Shown here: piece by piece, positions 18,759-27,374 of the stretch
Layout: each line of letters begins with the position of its first letter
Position numbering within the stretch: position 1 is the first letter of the stretch
NCBI GenBank assembly: GCA_963840935.1
Contig: CAWJAS010000001.1
Span: 1 to 43,901, forward strand
From: Candidatus Magasanikiibacteriota bacterium
GTDB lineage: Bacteria; Patescibacteriota; Patescibacteriia; Magasanikbacterales; GWA2-37-8
Reading direction: 5' to 3'
Length of the DNA: 43,901 nt
Notes under the pieces: generated by a model
Database searches by the model: none
What the model was told of the DNA's origin: nothing
The model's input: only the letters and a program-made list of their open reading frames with translations
Translations under genes and position numbers: made by a program

Positions 18759-18840
18759 GGTCCGGTGGTGAAACTGGTATACACGAGGGACTTAAAATCC
18801 CTTGCCGCAAGGCGTGTGGGTTCGATTCCCACCCGGACCA
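18759..18840 (+). tRNA. tRNA-Leu (TAA)
   Basis: GGTCCGG/CCGGACC acceptor; AGGGA-CTTAAAA-TCCCT anticodon arm; long variable arm. Confidence 0.95.
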
Positions 18841-19051
18841 CTATACAAATAGCAGTGCATTTATTGCACTGCTATTTGTATAGTTTGGACGAGGGAATCG
18901 AACGGGCAGAAATGAGGCGCGAGTCTTTTTGGAAAAAAAGACGAGCAAGCCGAATGTCGCCAATATGCCAGTGGCATATTGGCGCTGCCCAGGGCAAGGA
19001 GTCGAGCCGATTGTGGTCGGCGAGACGACGAGTAATTCCCACCCGGACCAC
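18841..19051 (+). repeat. Structured element downstream of tRNA-Leu(TAA), ending in a 17-bp duplicate of the tRNA 3' end
   Basis: attcccacccggaccac at 18825-18841 and 19035-19051; 19-bp perfect hairpin 18841-18883. Confidence 0.85.
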
Positions 19052-19057
19052 ATAAAC

Positions 19058-19084
19058 AAAATATCCCATTTAATGGGATATTTT
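19058..19084. terminator. Probable bidirectional terminator between the tRNA element and nrdG
   Basis: aaaatatcccatt-t-aatgggatatttt. Confidence 0.7.
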
Positions 19085-19097
19085 ATATTTCGCATGT

Positions 19098-19790
19098 TTA
19101 TCGCCACAGGCACTGCGCGACAAATTTTTTTATTTTTTTACACATCTTTTCAAATTCTTCGTCAGTGTATGTTGTCATTTCGGCAAACAAAGGGTCCAAC
19201 GTTCTCCCCGGCAAAAATTTTTGAAGCACATAGCGCTTGACGCCTTTTAATTCATCGGCGATTTTCAAAATATCTTCTTCAGTAAGCAATTCTTTTACTA
19301 CCGTAGTTCTGAATTCATAATCAATCCCCGATTGACGAATCAAATCAACACTTTTTTTAATTTTTTCCGTATCAATCATTGAGCCGGAATGAGATTGATA
19401 TTTTTCAAGCGGTGATTTGTAATCCATAGCCAAATAATCCAAATAACCATCTCTAACTAGTCGTTCAATCATTTCCGGACGACTGCCATTAGTATCCAGC
19501 TTCACCGCAAACCCAAGCGACTTCAACTTTGAAATAAAATCAGGCAAATCATTGTGCAAAGTCGGTTCCCCGCCGGTGATCACCACACCGTCTAATTTAT
19601 TTTGACGCGTGGATAAAAAATCCAAAATCTCTTTTTCGGTTACAGGCGTAAACATTCCTTGGGTCGGATTAATTAATTCCGGATTATGACAAAACGGGCA
19701 TCGGAATGGGCATCCTTGCGTAAACAGAATCGCTGAAGCACGCCCCGGAAAATCAATGAGCGAAAATTTTTGCCATCCGCCAAATATCAT
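19098..19790 (-). CDS. nrdG: Anaerobic ribonucleotide reductase activating radical SAM protein
   Basis: CPFRCPFC motif, ITGGEP, LDTNG; overlaps the nrdD stop (ATGA). Confidence 0.9.
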   Translation of the reverse strand: MIFGGWQKFSLIDFPGRASAILFTQGCPFRCPFCHNPELINPTQGMFTPVTEKEILDFLSTRQNKLDGVVITGGEPTLHNDLPDFISKLKSLGFAVKLDTNGSRPEMIERLVRDGYLDYLAMDYKSPLEKYQSHSGSMIDTEKIKKSVDLIRQSGIDYEFRTTVVKELLTEEDILKIADELKGVKRYVLQKFLPGRTLDPLFAEMTTYTDEEFEKMCKKIKKFVAQCLWR

Positions 19791-21895
19791 ACTTTGATCG
19801 GCAGGAGGGTTTTATAAGTCTTTCTGATTTTAAATTCAGCTCTCTTGCCCTTGTTCCATTGTTCCACCGGGCGCAAATATCCGACCACGCGCGAATACAC
19901 TTCACAACGCGCCTTGCACTCCGGGCAAGTATTATGCTCGCCCGATAAATATCCGTGCGTCGGGCAAACACTGAATGTCGGCGAAAATGTAAAATACGGC
20001 AAACGATAATTCTCGCAAATTTTCTTTACCATACTCTTTACCGCGTTCGGGTCGGTGATTTTTTCTCCGACAAATAAATGCAGTACGGTTCCACCGGTAT
20101 ATTTGGACTGCAAATTATCTTGCAAATCAAGAGCTTCAAAAATATCATCCGTAAAATTAACCGGTAAGTGGGTGGAATTGGTATAGAACGGGTCAACTCC
20201 GGTTTTTTTGTAAATATCTTCATTGGCAACAATTATATCCGGATAAAGTTCTTTGTCTTTTTGAGCCAAACGGAACGAGGTGCCTTCGGCCGGTGTTGCT
20301 TCCAAATTGAAGTTATTACCGGTTTCCTTTTGGAAATCAACCATTTTCTTTCGCATAAAATCCATTACTTTTTCGGCAAAAGCGCGTCCTTTTTCACTGG
20401 CAATATTTTCATGCATCAAATTAATAATCGCCTCATTCATACCAAGAATTCCAATGGTATTGAAATGATTTTTCCAATAAACCCCATGGCGCTCTTTCAT
20501 ATTGCGCAAATAATATTTGGAATATGGGTATAAATTTTTCTCAGTGAATTTTTCAAGAACTTTTCGCTTTATTTCCAAGCTGTCTTTGGCCATCTCCATT
20601 AATCTTCCAAGCTTTTTCAAAAAATCATTTTCATTTTTGGCCGTATAACCCAAGCGAGGCAAATTCAAAGTAACCACTCCAATTGAACCAGTCAAAGGAT
20701 TCGCGCCAAAAAGTCCGCCACCGCGCTTTTCAAGCTGGCGATTATCAATCCTCAAACGGCAACACATTGAGCGGGCATCTTCCGGACTCATATCGGAATT
20801 AATAAAATTGGAAAAATACGGAATGCCATATTTGGCTGTAATTTCCCAAAGCGATTTGATGCGCGGATTATCCCAATCAAAATCTTTGGTGATATTATAG
20901 GTGGGAATTGGAAAGGTAAAAACTCGTCCCTTGGCGTCACCCTGCATCATCACCTCAAAAAAAGCCTTATTAAACAAATCCATTTCTTTTTGAAAATCCC
21001 CATAACAATCTTTTTGTGGTTTTCCGCCAATAATCACCGCTTGGTCTTTATAATAATTTGGGATATTCAAATCAAGCGTCACATTGGTGAAAGGCGTTTG
21101 AAACCCGACGCGTGTCGGCACATTCATGTTGAACAAAAACTCCTGAAGCGCCTGCTTGATTTCATCGTAAGTTAATTTGTCATAGCGGATAAACGGCGCA
21201 AGCAAGGTGTCAAAATTTGAAAACGCCTGCGCTCCCGCTGCCTCGCCCTGCAAAGTGTAAAAAAAGTTAACCACCTGCCCCAAAGCGCTTCTAAAATGCT
21301 TTGGCGGTTTGCTTTCAATTTTTCCGGACACACCCCTAAAACCTTCCATGAGTAAATCATGCAAATCCCAACCAACGCAATAAACCGACAAAATATTCAA
21401 ATCATGAATATGCATATCCCCGCTCAAATAGGCCTCTTTAATTTCTTTCGGATAGATTTTATTCAACCAGTAAACCTTGGAAATTTCTGATGAAATATAA
21501 TTATTAAGGCCCTGCAAAGAAAAAGTCATGTTGCTGTTTTCGTTCACTTGCCAATCAAGCTGGTCCAAATATTGGTCAACCAAATTAACGCTCGCTTTGT
21601 TGTTAAGCTCGCGCAATTGGGCGTGCTGGTCGCGATAAATAATGTATGATTTGGCGGTTTGCCTGTATGACGAGCCCAGAAGTACTTCTTCCACCAAGTC
21701 TTGAATCTGTTCGACTGTCGGGATTTTGGCTTCAATATAATTTTCGGCTACTGACAATGCTTTAAGAGTCAATTTCTCTGCCATTTTTTCGTCAAACTCG
21801 CCCGTGGCCGCGCCGGCCTTAACGAGCGCCTTGGTTATTTTTTTGGGGTCAAATTTCACTGTCCGACCGTCTCGCTTTTTGATTTTTTGGAACAT
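19787..21895 (-). CDS. nrdD: Class III anaerobic ribonucleoside-triphosphate reductase with ATP cone
   Basis: IKKRDG ATP cone, SMCCRL, ATPAEG, CxxH/CxxC metal site, glycyl loop SRVVGYLRP. Confidence 0.95.
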   Translation of the reverse strand: MFQKIKKRDGRTVKFDPKKITKALVKAGAATGEFDEKMAEKLTLKALSVAENYIEAKIPTVEQIQDLVEEVLLGSSYRQTAKSYIIYRDQHAQLRELNNKASVNLVDQYLDQLDWQVNENSNMTFSLQGLNNYISSEISKVYWLNKIYPKEIKEAYLSGDMHIHDLNILSVYCVGWDLHDLLMEGFRGVSGKIESKPPKHFRSALGQVVNFFYTLQGEAAGAQAFSNFDTLLAPFIRYDKLTYDEIKQALQEFLFNMNVPTRVGFQTPFTNVTLDLNIPNYYKDQAVIIGGKPQKDCYGDFQKEMDLFNKAFFEVMMQGDAKGRVFTFPIPTYNITKDFDWDNPRIKSLWEITAKYGIPYFSNFINSDMSPEDARSMCCRLRIDNRQLEKRGGGLFGANPLTGSIGVVTLNLPRLGYTAKNENDFLKKLGRLMEMAKDSLEIKRKVLEKFTEKNLYPYSKYYLRNMKERHGVYWKNHFNTIGILGMNEAIINLMHENIASEKGRAFAEKVMDFMRKKMVDFQKETGNNFNLEATPAEGTSFRLAQKDKELYPDIIVANEDIYKKTGVDPFYTNSTHLPVNFTDDIFEALDLQDNLQSKYTGGTVLHLFVGEKITDPNAVKSMVKKICENYRLPYFTFSPTFSVCPTHGYLSGEHNTCPECKARCEVYSRVVGYLRPVEQWNKGKRAEFKIRKTYKTLLPIKV

Positions 21896-21964
21896 ATTTA
21901 TGTAAAAATATTATATTTTTAATAAAAATTGATTATTTTTTGAAGAAAATCGACTTTTTTAACA

Positions 21965-22012
21965 ATACCATATATTGTGTTTGAAATTTTTTTGAGACAC
22001 AACATATGGTAT
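21965..22012. promoter_or_regulatory. Tandem NrdR boxes
   Basis: ataccatatattgtgt (21965-21980) and acacaacatatggtat (21997-22012) match acaCwAtATaTwGtgt, 32 bp apart, upstream of nrdD. Confidence 0.85.
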
Positions 22013-22106
22013 TTATTGAGCAAATTCATTATAGCATTTTTTTGCAAATGTCGCCAAACGTCATTTTTTTATCTCAACAACGCGGTTTTTTGAAAAACAA
22101 AAAAAG

Positions 22107-22115
22107 TTATCCACA
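22107..22115 (+). promoter_or_regulatory. DnaA box
   Basis: Perfect TTATCCACA in the nrdD/ruvB divergent intergenic region. Confidence 0.55.
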
Positions 22116-22188
22116 GATATTTTTTCCCACGCACCCGCATAAATCGCCAATGGACTATTTTGAACGATTATAATACAATATAGGCACT

Positions 22189-23226
22189 ATGAATGACGAA
22201 GAAAATTTTATTGAAGACGAAGACATCACCGCTCCGGAAGTAAAAAACGAGGAGATTGTTTTTGAAAACACCTTGCGCCCCAAAGAATTGGGTGATTTTG
22301 TTGGTCAAGAACAAATAAAACAAAATTTGGATATCTCCATCAAGGCCTCAAAAAAACGCAATGAACCGATGGAACACATTTTGCTATTCGGCAACCCGGG
22401 GCTCGGCAAAACAACACTTGCCCACATCATTGCTCGTGAAATGTCCGGTAACATCAAAGTCACTTCCGGACCGGCCTTAGAAAAAATCGGTGATTTGGCG
22501 GCTATTCTTTCCAATTTAGAGGAAGGCGAAATTCTTTTTATTGACGAAATACACCGCCTTAACAAAACAATTGAAGAAACTCTCTATCCGGCCATGGAAG
22601 ATTATTCGCTCGACATCATTATTGGTTCTGGTCCGGCCGCCCGCACCATTCGAATGCCACTAAACCGCTTCACTCTAATCGGCGCAACCACAAAAATGAG
22701 TATGATTAGTGGGCCTTTGCGTGACCGCTTTGGCCACAGTTTTCACCTGAATTTTTACGAACAAAATGATATTGAAAAAATACTCAGCCGAAACGCCAAA
22801 TTACTTGGCGTTACAATTGACGATAAATCAACAACTTTAATTTCCGTTCGCGCTCGCCGAACTCCACGAGTGGCCAATCGCCTATTAAAACGAGTGCGTG
22901 ATTTTGCCGAAGTCCACGGCGCCGGTCAAATTAATTTAGACATTGCCAAATCAGCTTTAAACCTGCTTGCCATCGATGAATACGGGCTTGATGAAATCGA
23001 CCGCCGTTTGCTCACGGCCATGATAGACAAATTCAGCGGGGGCCCGGTCGGGCTTTCCACAATCGCCGCCTCAATCGCCGAAGAAATTGACACAATTGAA
23101 GATGTGATTGAACCATACTTAATGCAAATCGGATTTTTGGAGCGCACTCCGCGCGGACGCAAAGTTACTCCGCTCGCCTACAAGCATCTTGGCTTTGAAC
23201 AAAACTCTTCCAATACTTTACTTTAA
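22189..23226 (+). CDS. ruvB: Holliday junction branch migration helicase RuvB
   Basis: LRP, GNPGLGKT Walker A, FIDEIHR, RTPRGR. Confidence 0.97.
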   Translation: MNDEENFIEDEDITAPEVKNEEIVFENTLRPKELGDFVGQEQIKQNLDISIKASKKRNEPMEHILLFGNPGLGKTTLAHIIAREMSGNIKVTSGPALEKIGDLAAILSNLEEGEILFIDEIHRLNKTIEETLYPAMEDYSLDIIIGSGPAARTIRMPLNRFTLIGATTKMSMISGPLRDRFGHSFHLNFYEQNDIEKILSRNAKLLGVTIDDKSTTLISVRARRTPRVANRLLKRVRDFAEVHGAGQINLDIAKSALNLLAIDEYGLDEIDRRLLTAMIDKFSGGPVGLSTIAASIAEEIDTIEDVIEPYLMQIGFLERTPRGRKVTPLAYKHLGFEQNSSNTLL

Positions 23227-23231
23227 TAAAT

Positions 23232-23504
23232 ATGATCACAATACCCTTAATTTCATTTTTAATTATCTATTGCCTGTTCTTGCTTTTATTCGTAATTTTT
23301 TTCTTTGTGAACGTCGGCCATTTGGCAAAAACCGCTTCAGTTTCAATCGCCAGTTTAACCATCACCTTTTTTGTTTTGGCTTTCGCGCTCATAACCGTGG
23401 GCGCGACTTTTTATTTATTGTCTGACGCGAGCTGGGGCAATCAAATAACTATTTTTAACTCGAGTTGGTTCGGTGATAACCTTTCCAAAATAAATCAATT
23501 TTAA
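23232..23504 (+). CDS. Small membrane protein with two hydrophobic helices
   Basis: Tightly packed between ruvB and the next gene. Confidence 0.7.
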   Translation: MITIPLISFLIIYCLFLLLFVIFFFVNVGHLAKTASVSIASLTITFFVLAFALITVGATFYLLSDASWGNQITIFNSSWFGDNLSKINQF

Positions 23505-23508
23505 ACAT

Positions 23509-24069
23509 ATGGGTATTGAGGAATTTATTTACAAAAAATCCTACGAAAAAGTATTGCACAAACTTCGCAGGCATTTAATCACTTTTTTACCGGCCTTTGT
23601 TTTTTTTATTATCATGCTTATTTTGCCGGCAATATTCTATTTTGTTTTAAAAAGCCAGATGCCGAATTGGTTTGAAAACTCGACATCATTCACTCTTTTG
23701 GTCTTACTTGGCAGTATCTATATTTTGAGTGTTTTAATATTTTTGTATTCTTATTTTATTGATTTTTATCTTGATGTTATGATTGTGACAAACGACCGAT
23801 TGATTGATATGGAACAGCATGGGCTTTTTGCTCGCACAATTTCCGAGGTTGATTTGTATCAAATTCAAGATATTACTTCGGAATGCAAAGGAATTTTTCA
23901 CACCATGTTTGATTTTGGTTCAATCATTATTCAAACCGCCGGCGCCCTGCCAAAATTCACTGTGCATAATATAAAGAAACCGCACGAGATGAGAAAAATA
24001 ATTCTTGATTTGGTTGAAGAAGACAGAAAATATCATCACGGGGAAGCGGTGAGACAGGCGATTTTATAA
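23509..24069 (+). CDS. Membrane protein with a bacterial PH (bPH_2-like) domain
   Basis: Two TM helices, then IVTNDRLID...IQDI...FGSIIIQTAG. Confidence 0.8.
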   Translation: MGIEEFIYKKSYEKVLHKLRRHLITFLPAFVFFIIMLILPAIFYFVLKSQMPNWFENSTSFTLLVLLGSIYILSVLIFLYSYFIDFYLDVMIVTNDRLIDMEQHGLFARTISEVDLYQIQDITSECKGIFHTMFDFGSIIIQTAGALPKFTVHNIKKPHEMRKIILDLVEEDRKYHHGEAVRQAIL

Positions 24070-24081
24070 AGACGTATAATT

Positions 24082-24112
24082 AAAAAAGGCCCGACACATT
24101 TCATGTCGGGCC
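24082..24112 (-). terminator. Intrinsic terminator
   Basis: GGCCCGACA-TGAAATG-TGTCGGGCC-T6. Confidence 0.8.
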
Positions 24113-24203
24113 GAATGAACGAACCAAGTGACCAAGGACCGAACACCGGCCGTGAGGGCCGAGTATCCGAGTGCCTGCCCGCCTTGGGCGGGATCGAGGT
24201 TCT

Positions 24204-24752
24204 CTACTCGCAGAGGACGAGGACGCCGTCGGAGGAGCTGAACTCGCAGCGGAAGTTGTCGAGGATGAAGTAGCGGTGCGCACCGTGCACGTTGACGCAC
24301 GGCACGTTGACGTAGCCGTCCTCCCGCCGGCTCGTCCAGCGGGAGTCCTCACTCAGGGCGACGACCCAGATCCACTTCTCCACCTCTTTGGGGTGGCTCG
24401 CGAGGAAACCGGCGAGGTCGCCGGTGTTGGCCAGAATGTGGCCGGCGGCAACCAGGCGCTCCGCAGCCTGCTCGCCCGTCTCTCTTCTGAGGAAAGGCTC
24501 GACCCGCACTTTAACCGTCTGGACATCCGTCCCCTTGAGCGGGAAACGCTCCGGGGTAATATAGGTGTTGAAGTTGCGGTCGTTGCCCGGGCCGAGGGCG
24601 CGCTGGATCAGATTCATCAGACCGAGGGACTGGTCGTAGGTGACCGAGAGACCGATGAGCTTCTTGGCACCGCCGATGATGAGGTCGAACACGAACCCGA
24701 CCACCGGGAGCAACGCCTCCAGCGTCCACTCCTTTTTGTCTTTCCGGCTCAT
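24204..24752 (-). CDS. GC-rich hypothetical protein resembling C-type-lectin-fold DGR target proteins
   Basis: SD GAGGAG before MSRKD; C-terminus W..DGYVNVPCVNVHGAHRYFILDNFRCEFSSSDGVLVLCE; family assignment from recalled similarity only. Confidence 0.7.
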   Translation of the reverse strand: MSRKDKKEWTLEALLPVVGFVFDLIIGGAKKLIGLSVTYDQSLGLMNLIQRALGPGNDRNFNTYITPERFPLKGTDVQTVKVRVEPFLRRETGEQAAERLVAAGHILANTGDLAGFLASHPKEVEKWIWVVALSEDSRWTSRREDGYVNVPCVNVHGAHRYFILDNFRCEFSSSDGVLVLCE

Positions 24753-24876
24753 GATTTCTCTCCTCTGCTTTGGGCGCGCCTCTTGTTCCGACATTATGCC
24801 GAGACCCAAGGCTTGCCATTTCTCTTGATTTTACTTATTTTTTATTAAAATGAGCGTTTTTTTAAGCTAACGTCAT

Positions 24877-24905
24877 ATTATATCACATTTTCGCCTTTTT
24901 GTCAA
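24877..24905 (-). promoter_or_regulatory. Consensus sigma70 promoter
   Basis: TTGACA-17 bp-TATAAT upstream of the GC-rich gene. Confidence 0.8.
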
Positions 24906-24973
24906 GGGTCTTTCTTGGCTAATTTTAGCCAAAATCATAATTATAAAAAGCCCAATTTAGGGGCTTTTTTTGT

Positions 24974-25038
24974 GTCATTCCCGCGTAAGCGGGAATCCAG
25001 AAAATTGACCACTGGATCCCCGTTTACGCGGGGATAAC
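24974..25038. repeat. REP-like palindromic element (ATTCCC-N8-GGGAAT type)
   Basis: gtcattcccgcgtaagcgggaatccag ... ctggatccccgtttacgcggggataac. Confidence 0.75.
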
Positions 25039-25048
25039 AAAATAGTGT

Positions 25049-27250
25049 TTAATAAATCCTCTCCACCGCCACTCCCGTATAATAATATTTCAAAAGCTGG
25101 TCATAAGTCCAAGCGTCTTTGTCTGCCCTCATAGCCGCGTCTTGCGCGCTCATGCCGACTCCGTGCCCGTGCATTGTTTTGCCAATGTCATAAAGACATT
25201 CCACGCTCTGAGTCCACGGTTTGTCGGTTCCACCCCAAACCTCTTTCCAACCACGGGTCTCGCCGTCTGAATTGGCAAAATATGGCGTCACCACCGGCGT
25301 TCCTCCGTGTGTCACCATTTCGCCATAAGTAACGCGCGCCGCCTGCACCACGCGCGGCATCAAAACTTCGGAATTATAACCCAAATACAACTGGTCAACG
25401 GTTGTCGCCACCACGTCATAGGTGCGCTGGTCAGCCGGCACGCCATTGTTCATGTGAAAATAGGCATAACTACGAGCAGCCACCAAAATCGCTTTTATAT
25501 ATTCCATGGCCGCGCCATTTGACGTTTCACCTATGCCCGCCACATATTCATCAAGCAAAAGTTCGTTCACCACCCATGGCACAGCGCTTTTGTTCGAATA
25601 AACATATTCAAAAATATTTCTGTAAGTATTAAAATTTTTGCTTCCTTTCCAACTGACCAATCTGCTATAGCTATCAATCACAAAATAACTGTTACTGTCG
25701 CGCGGAATAAGGCGAATTTTGTCTCTGCAAGTGAAAGTGAGAGAGGCGCTCGTGAAAGTGTAGAGTCCGTCAAAATATTTTAATTCGGCTTTTTCATTGG
25801 CCGGCAACTCACCTCGTAAAATTTCTCCACTCCAAACCTGATATACAAAAGGCGAAGAAAAATCGACCGGGTCGGTGGTTTTAAGCAATCCAACTCTTAT
25901 TTTTGGTTCACTGACCAACACTCGCGTTTGAGATGTGGTAAAACTGGGTTCAGTGTAGCCTGCTGGCGCATCTGATGTTACGGTTAAAGGCAATTCCAAA
26001 ATTCCGCCGTCCAATGTGTGGCCATTAGCCGTCAATTGAAAACGGGCGATGTATTCACCTTTGTATTTTGGCGCGCGGAAAGTAAAATCAATTTCAATAA
26101 TTCCATTTTCCAAAATTTGAGTTGTTTTTTCAAATATTTTTTTCTCGTCTTTCCAGTTGCTGTCGGCAATGGTAAATCTTTCAATAGCTGTCGGGCCGGA
26201 ATCGGTCCGCATACTGCCGGCTTCCTGCCATAAATAATTATTCCATTGAATTGTTCCGTTGTTGCGATAGCGGACTTTGAACTCAATTACCTGCCCACCC
26301 GCGCCTGAAACCTGCCTGGATGAAAAAGCGACCAAGTTAGCTTTATATTCATTTGATACTTCGACCGCCTCGTCTTCAACACCCTCGGTTGAATTGCCGG
26401 CGGTGTCGCCATTGTCTGCCGAAGAGGCCGGAGTAGCAACGGCAGTATTTAATTTATTGACCGCGCTTCTGGTTAATGGGCCAAAATATCCGACAGCCGG
26501 TGATATTTTATTTGCGCTTTGGAATTTGGCGAGCGCGCTTTTGGTGAGTGAACCGAACAGGGTTGTTTCATTACCTGCTGAACCCACGCCGGATGCGGAA
26601 ATCACAAAACCTTTGGCGTTTAAAAATTTTTGCAGTTCTTTCACATCCGCTCCGGTCATGCCAAGCTCGAGATCACGGGTAAAAGTGTATCCGCCCGCAG
26701 TCGCGCTTGAGGCGCTCGAAACAGTTGATGGTTGTGTTGTTGAACTCGGCGCCGTTACTTTTATTTTTAAATAAAAATAACTGGATTTAATCCAAGTCAG
26801 ATTTTCCACGGCCAAATAAAAATCTTCCTGATAATCTCCGGTTTTTGTTGGCGCGGTTAATTTAATTTTTATTTCGGCTGTTTCACCGGGCTTGGTCACG
26901 GCGCTGATTTTTGCCGGCTGGCTTTTGGACAGCCAATTTGAAGAAGCAAAAATGCTCTCTCGATAATTTGAATTGACCGTGTAAGCGGAAACATAATTCG
27001 CGCCTGTCGGATACCATGTGGTTGAGCCGGTATTTTTTATTTTAATGGTTATTTCTTTGGTCGCGCCGGCTTCAATTGTAATCGGGTCAGCCACAGATTG
27101 GCCGGCATAAGCGCCTTGATAACTCAAATCTTTAAATTGCGGTGGGGTGAATTCAATGGCCGATGCGTTTTGGGCGCCAAAAAACAAGGCAAAAATCATT
27201 GCCAAAGAAAAAATAATTGTGCGCTGAAAAACCATATTCATTATTAACAA
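25049..27250 (-). CDS. Secreted SpoIID/LytB-domain protein with Ig-like domains and a peptidoglycan-binding domain
   Basis: Signal peptide; IKNTGSTTW Ig-like domain; G.DVKELQKFLN...GYFGPLTR PG-binding; AARSYA, DQLYLGY, GHGVGMS and LKYYYTG. Confidence 0.85.
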   Translation of the reverse strand: MLIMNMVFQRTIIFSLAMIFALFFGAQNASAIEFTPPQFKDLSYQGAYAGQSVADPITIEAGATKEITIKIKNTGSTTWYPTGANYVSAYTVNSNYRESIFASSNWLSKSQPAKISAVTKPGETAEIKIKLTAPTKTGDYQEDFYLAVENLTWIKSSYFYLKIKVTAPSSTTQPSTVSSASSATAGGYTFTRDLELGMTGADVKELQKFLNAKGFVISASGVGSAGNETTLFGSLTKSALAKFQSANKISPAVGYFGPLTRSAVNKLNTAVATPASSADNGDTAGNSTEGVEDEAVEVSNEYKANLVAFSSRQVSGAGGQVIEFKVRYRNNGTIQWNNYLWQEAGSMRTDSGPTAIERFTIADSNWKDEKKIFEKTTQILENGIIEIDFTFRAPKYKGEYIARFQLTANGHTLDGGILELPLTVTSDAPAGYTEPSFTTSQTRVLVSEPKIRVGLLKTTDPVDFSSPFVYQVWSGEILRGELPANEKAELKYFDGLYTFTSASLTFTCRDKIRLIPRDSNSYFVIDSYSRLVSWKGSKNFNTYRNIFEYVYSNKSAVPWVVNELLLDEYVAGIGETSNGAAMEYIKAILVAARSYAYFHMNNGVPADQRTYDVVATTVDQLYLGYNSEVLMPRVVQAARVTYGEMVTHGGTPVVTPYFANSDGETRGWKEVWGGTDKPWTQSVECLYDIGKTMHGHGVGMSAQDAAMRADKDAWTYDQLLKYYYTGVAVERIY

Positions 27251-27307
27251 CGATTAGAATCGAGAAAATGTAACTGCAAAAAATATTATAACAAAAAATA
27301 GACAAAT

Positions 27308-27338
27308 AAAAAAGACCCCGCACATTGCATGCGAGGTC
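27308..27338 (-). terminator. Intrinsic terminator
   Basis: GACCTCGCA-TGCAATG-TGCGGGGTC-T6. Confidence 0.75.
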
Positions 27339-27374
27339 CGACTGAATTAATCGATAAACTAAGGAGCAAGTGTC

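Noticed and set aside
1042-19051. Prophage or integrative island bounded by tRNA att repeats
   Set aside because: Each repeat pair is only 146 or 210 bp apart, the two pairs are unrelated, and there is no integrase or phage gene
18714-19240. Several short ORFs over tRNA-Leu(TAA) and its downstream element
   Set aside because: They overlap a tRNA and palindromic DNA; repeated VxIPTRTT peptides simply reflect the DNA duplication
24101-24848. Overlapping ORFs 24171-24848 (+), 24101-24352 and 24511-24819 (-)
   Set aside because: Shadow ORFs of a GC-rich gene; promoter, SD and terminator all support 24204-24752 on the minus strand
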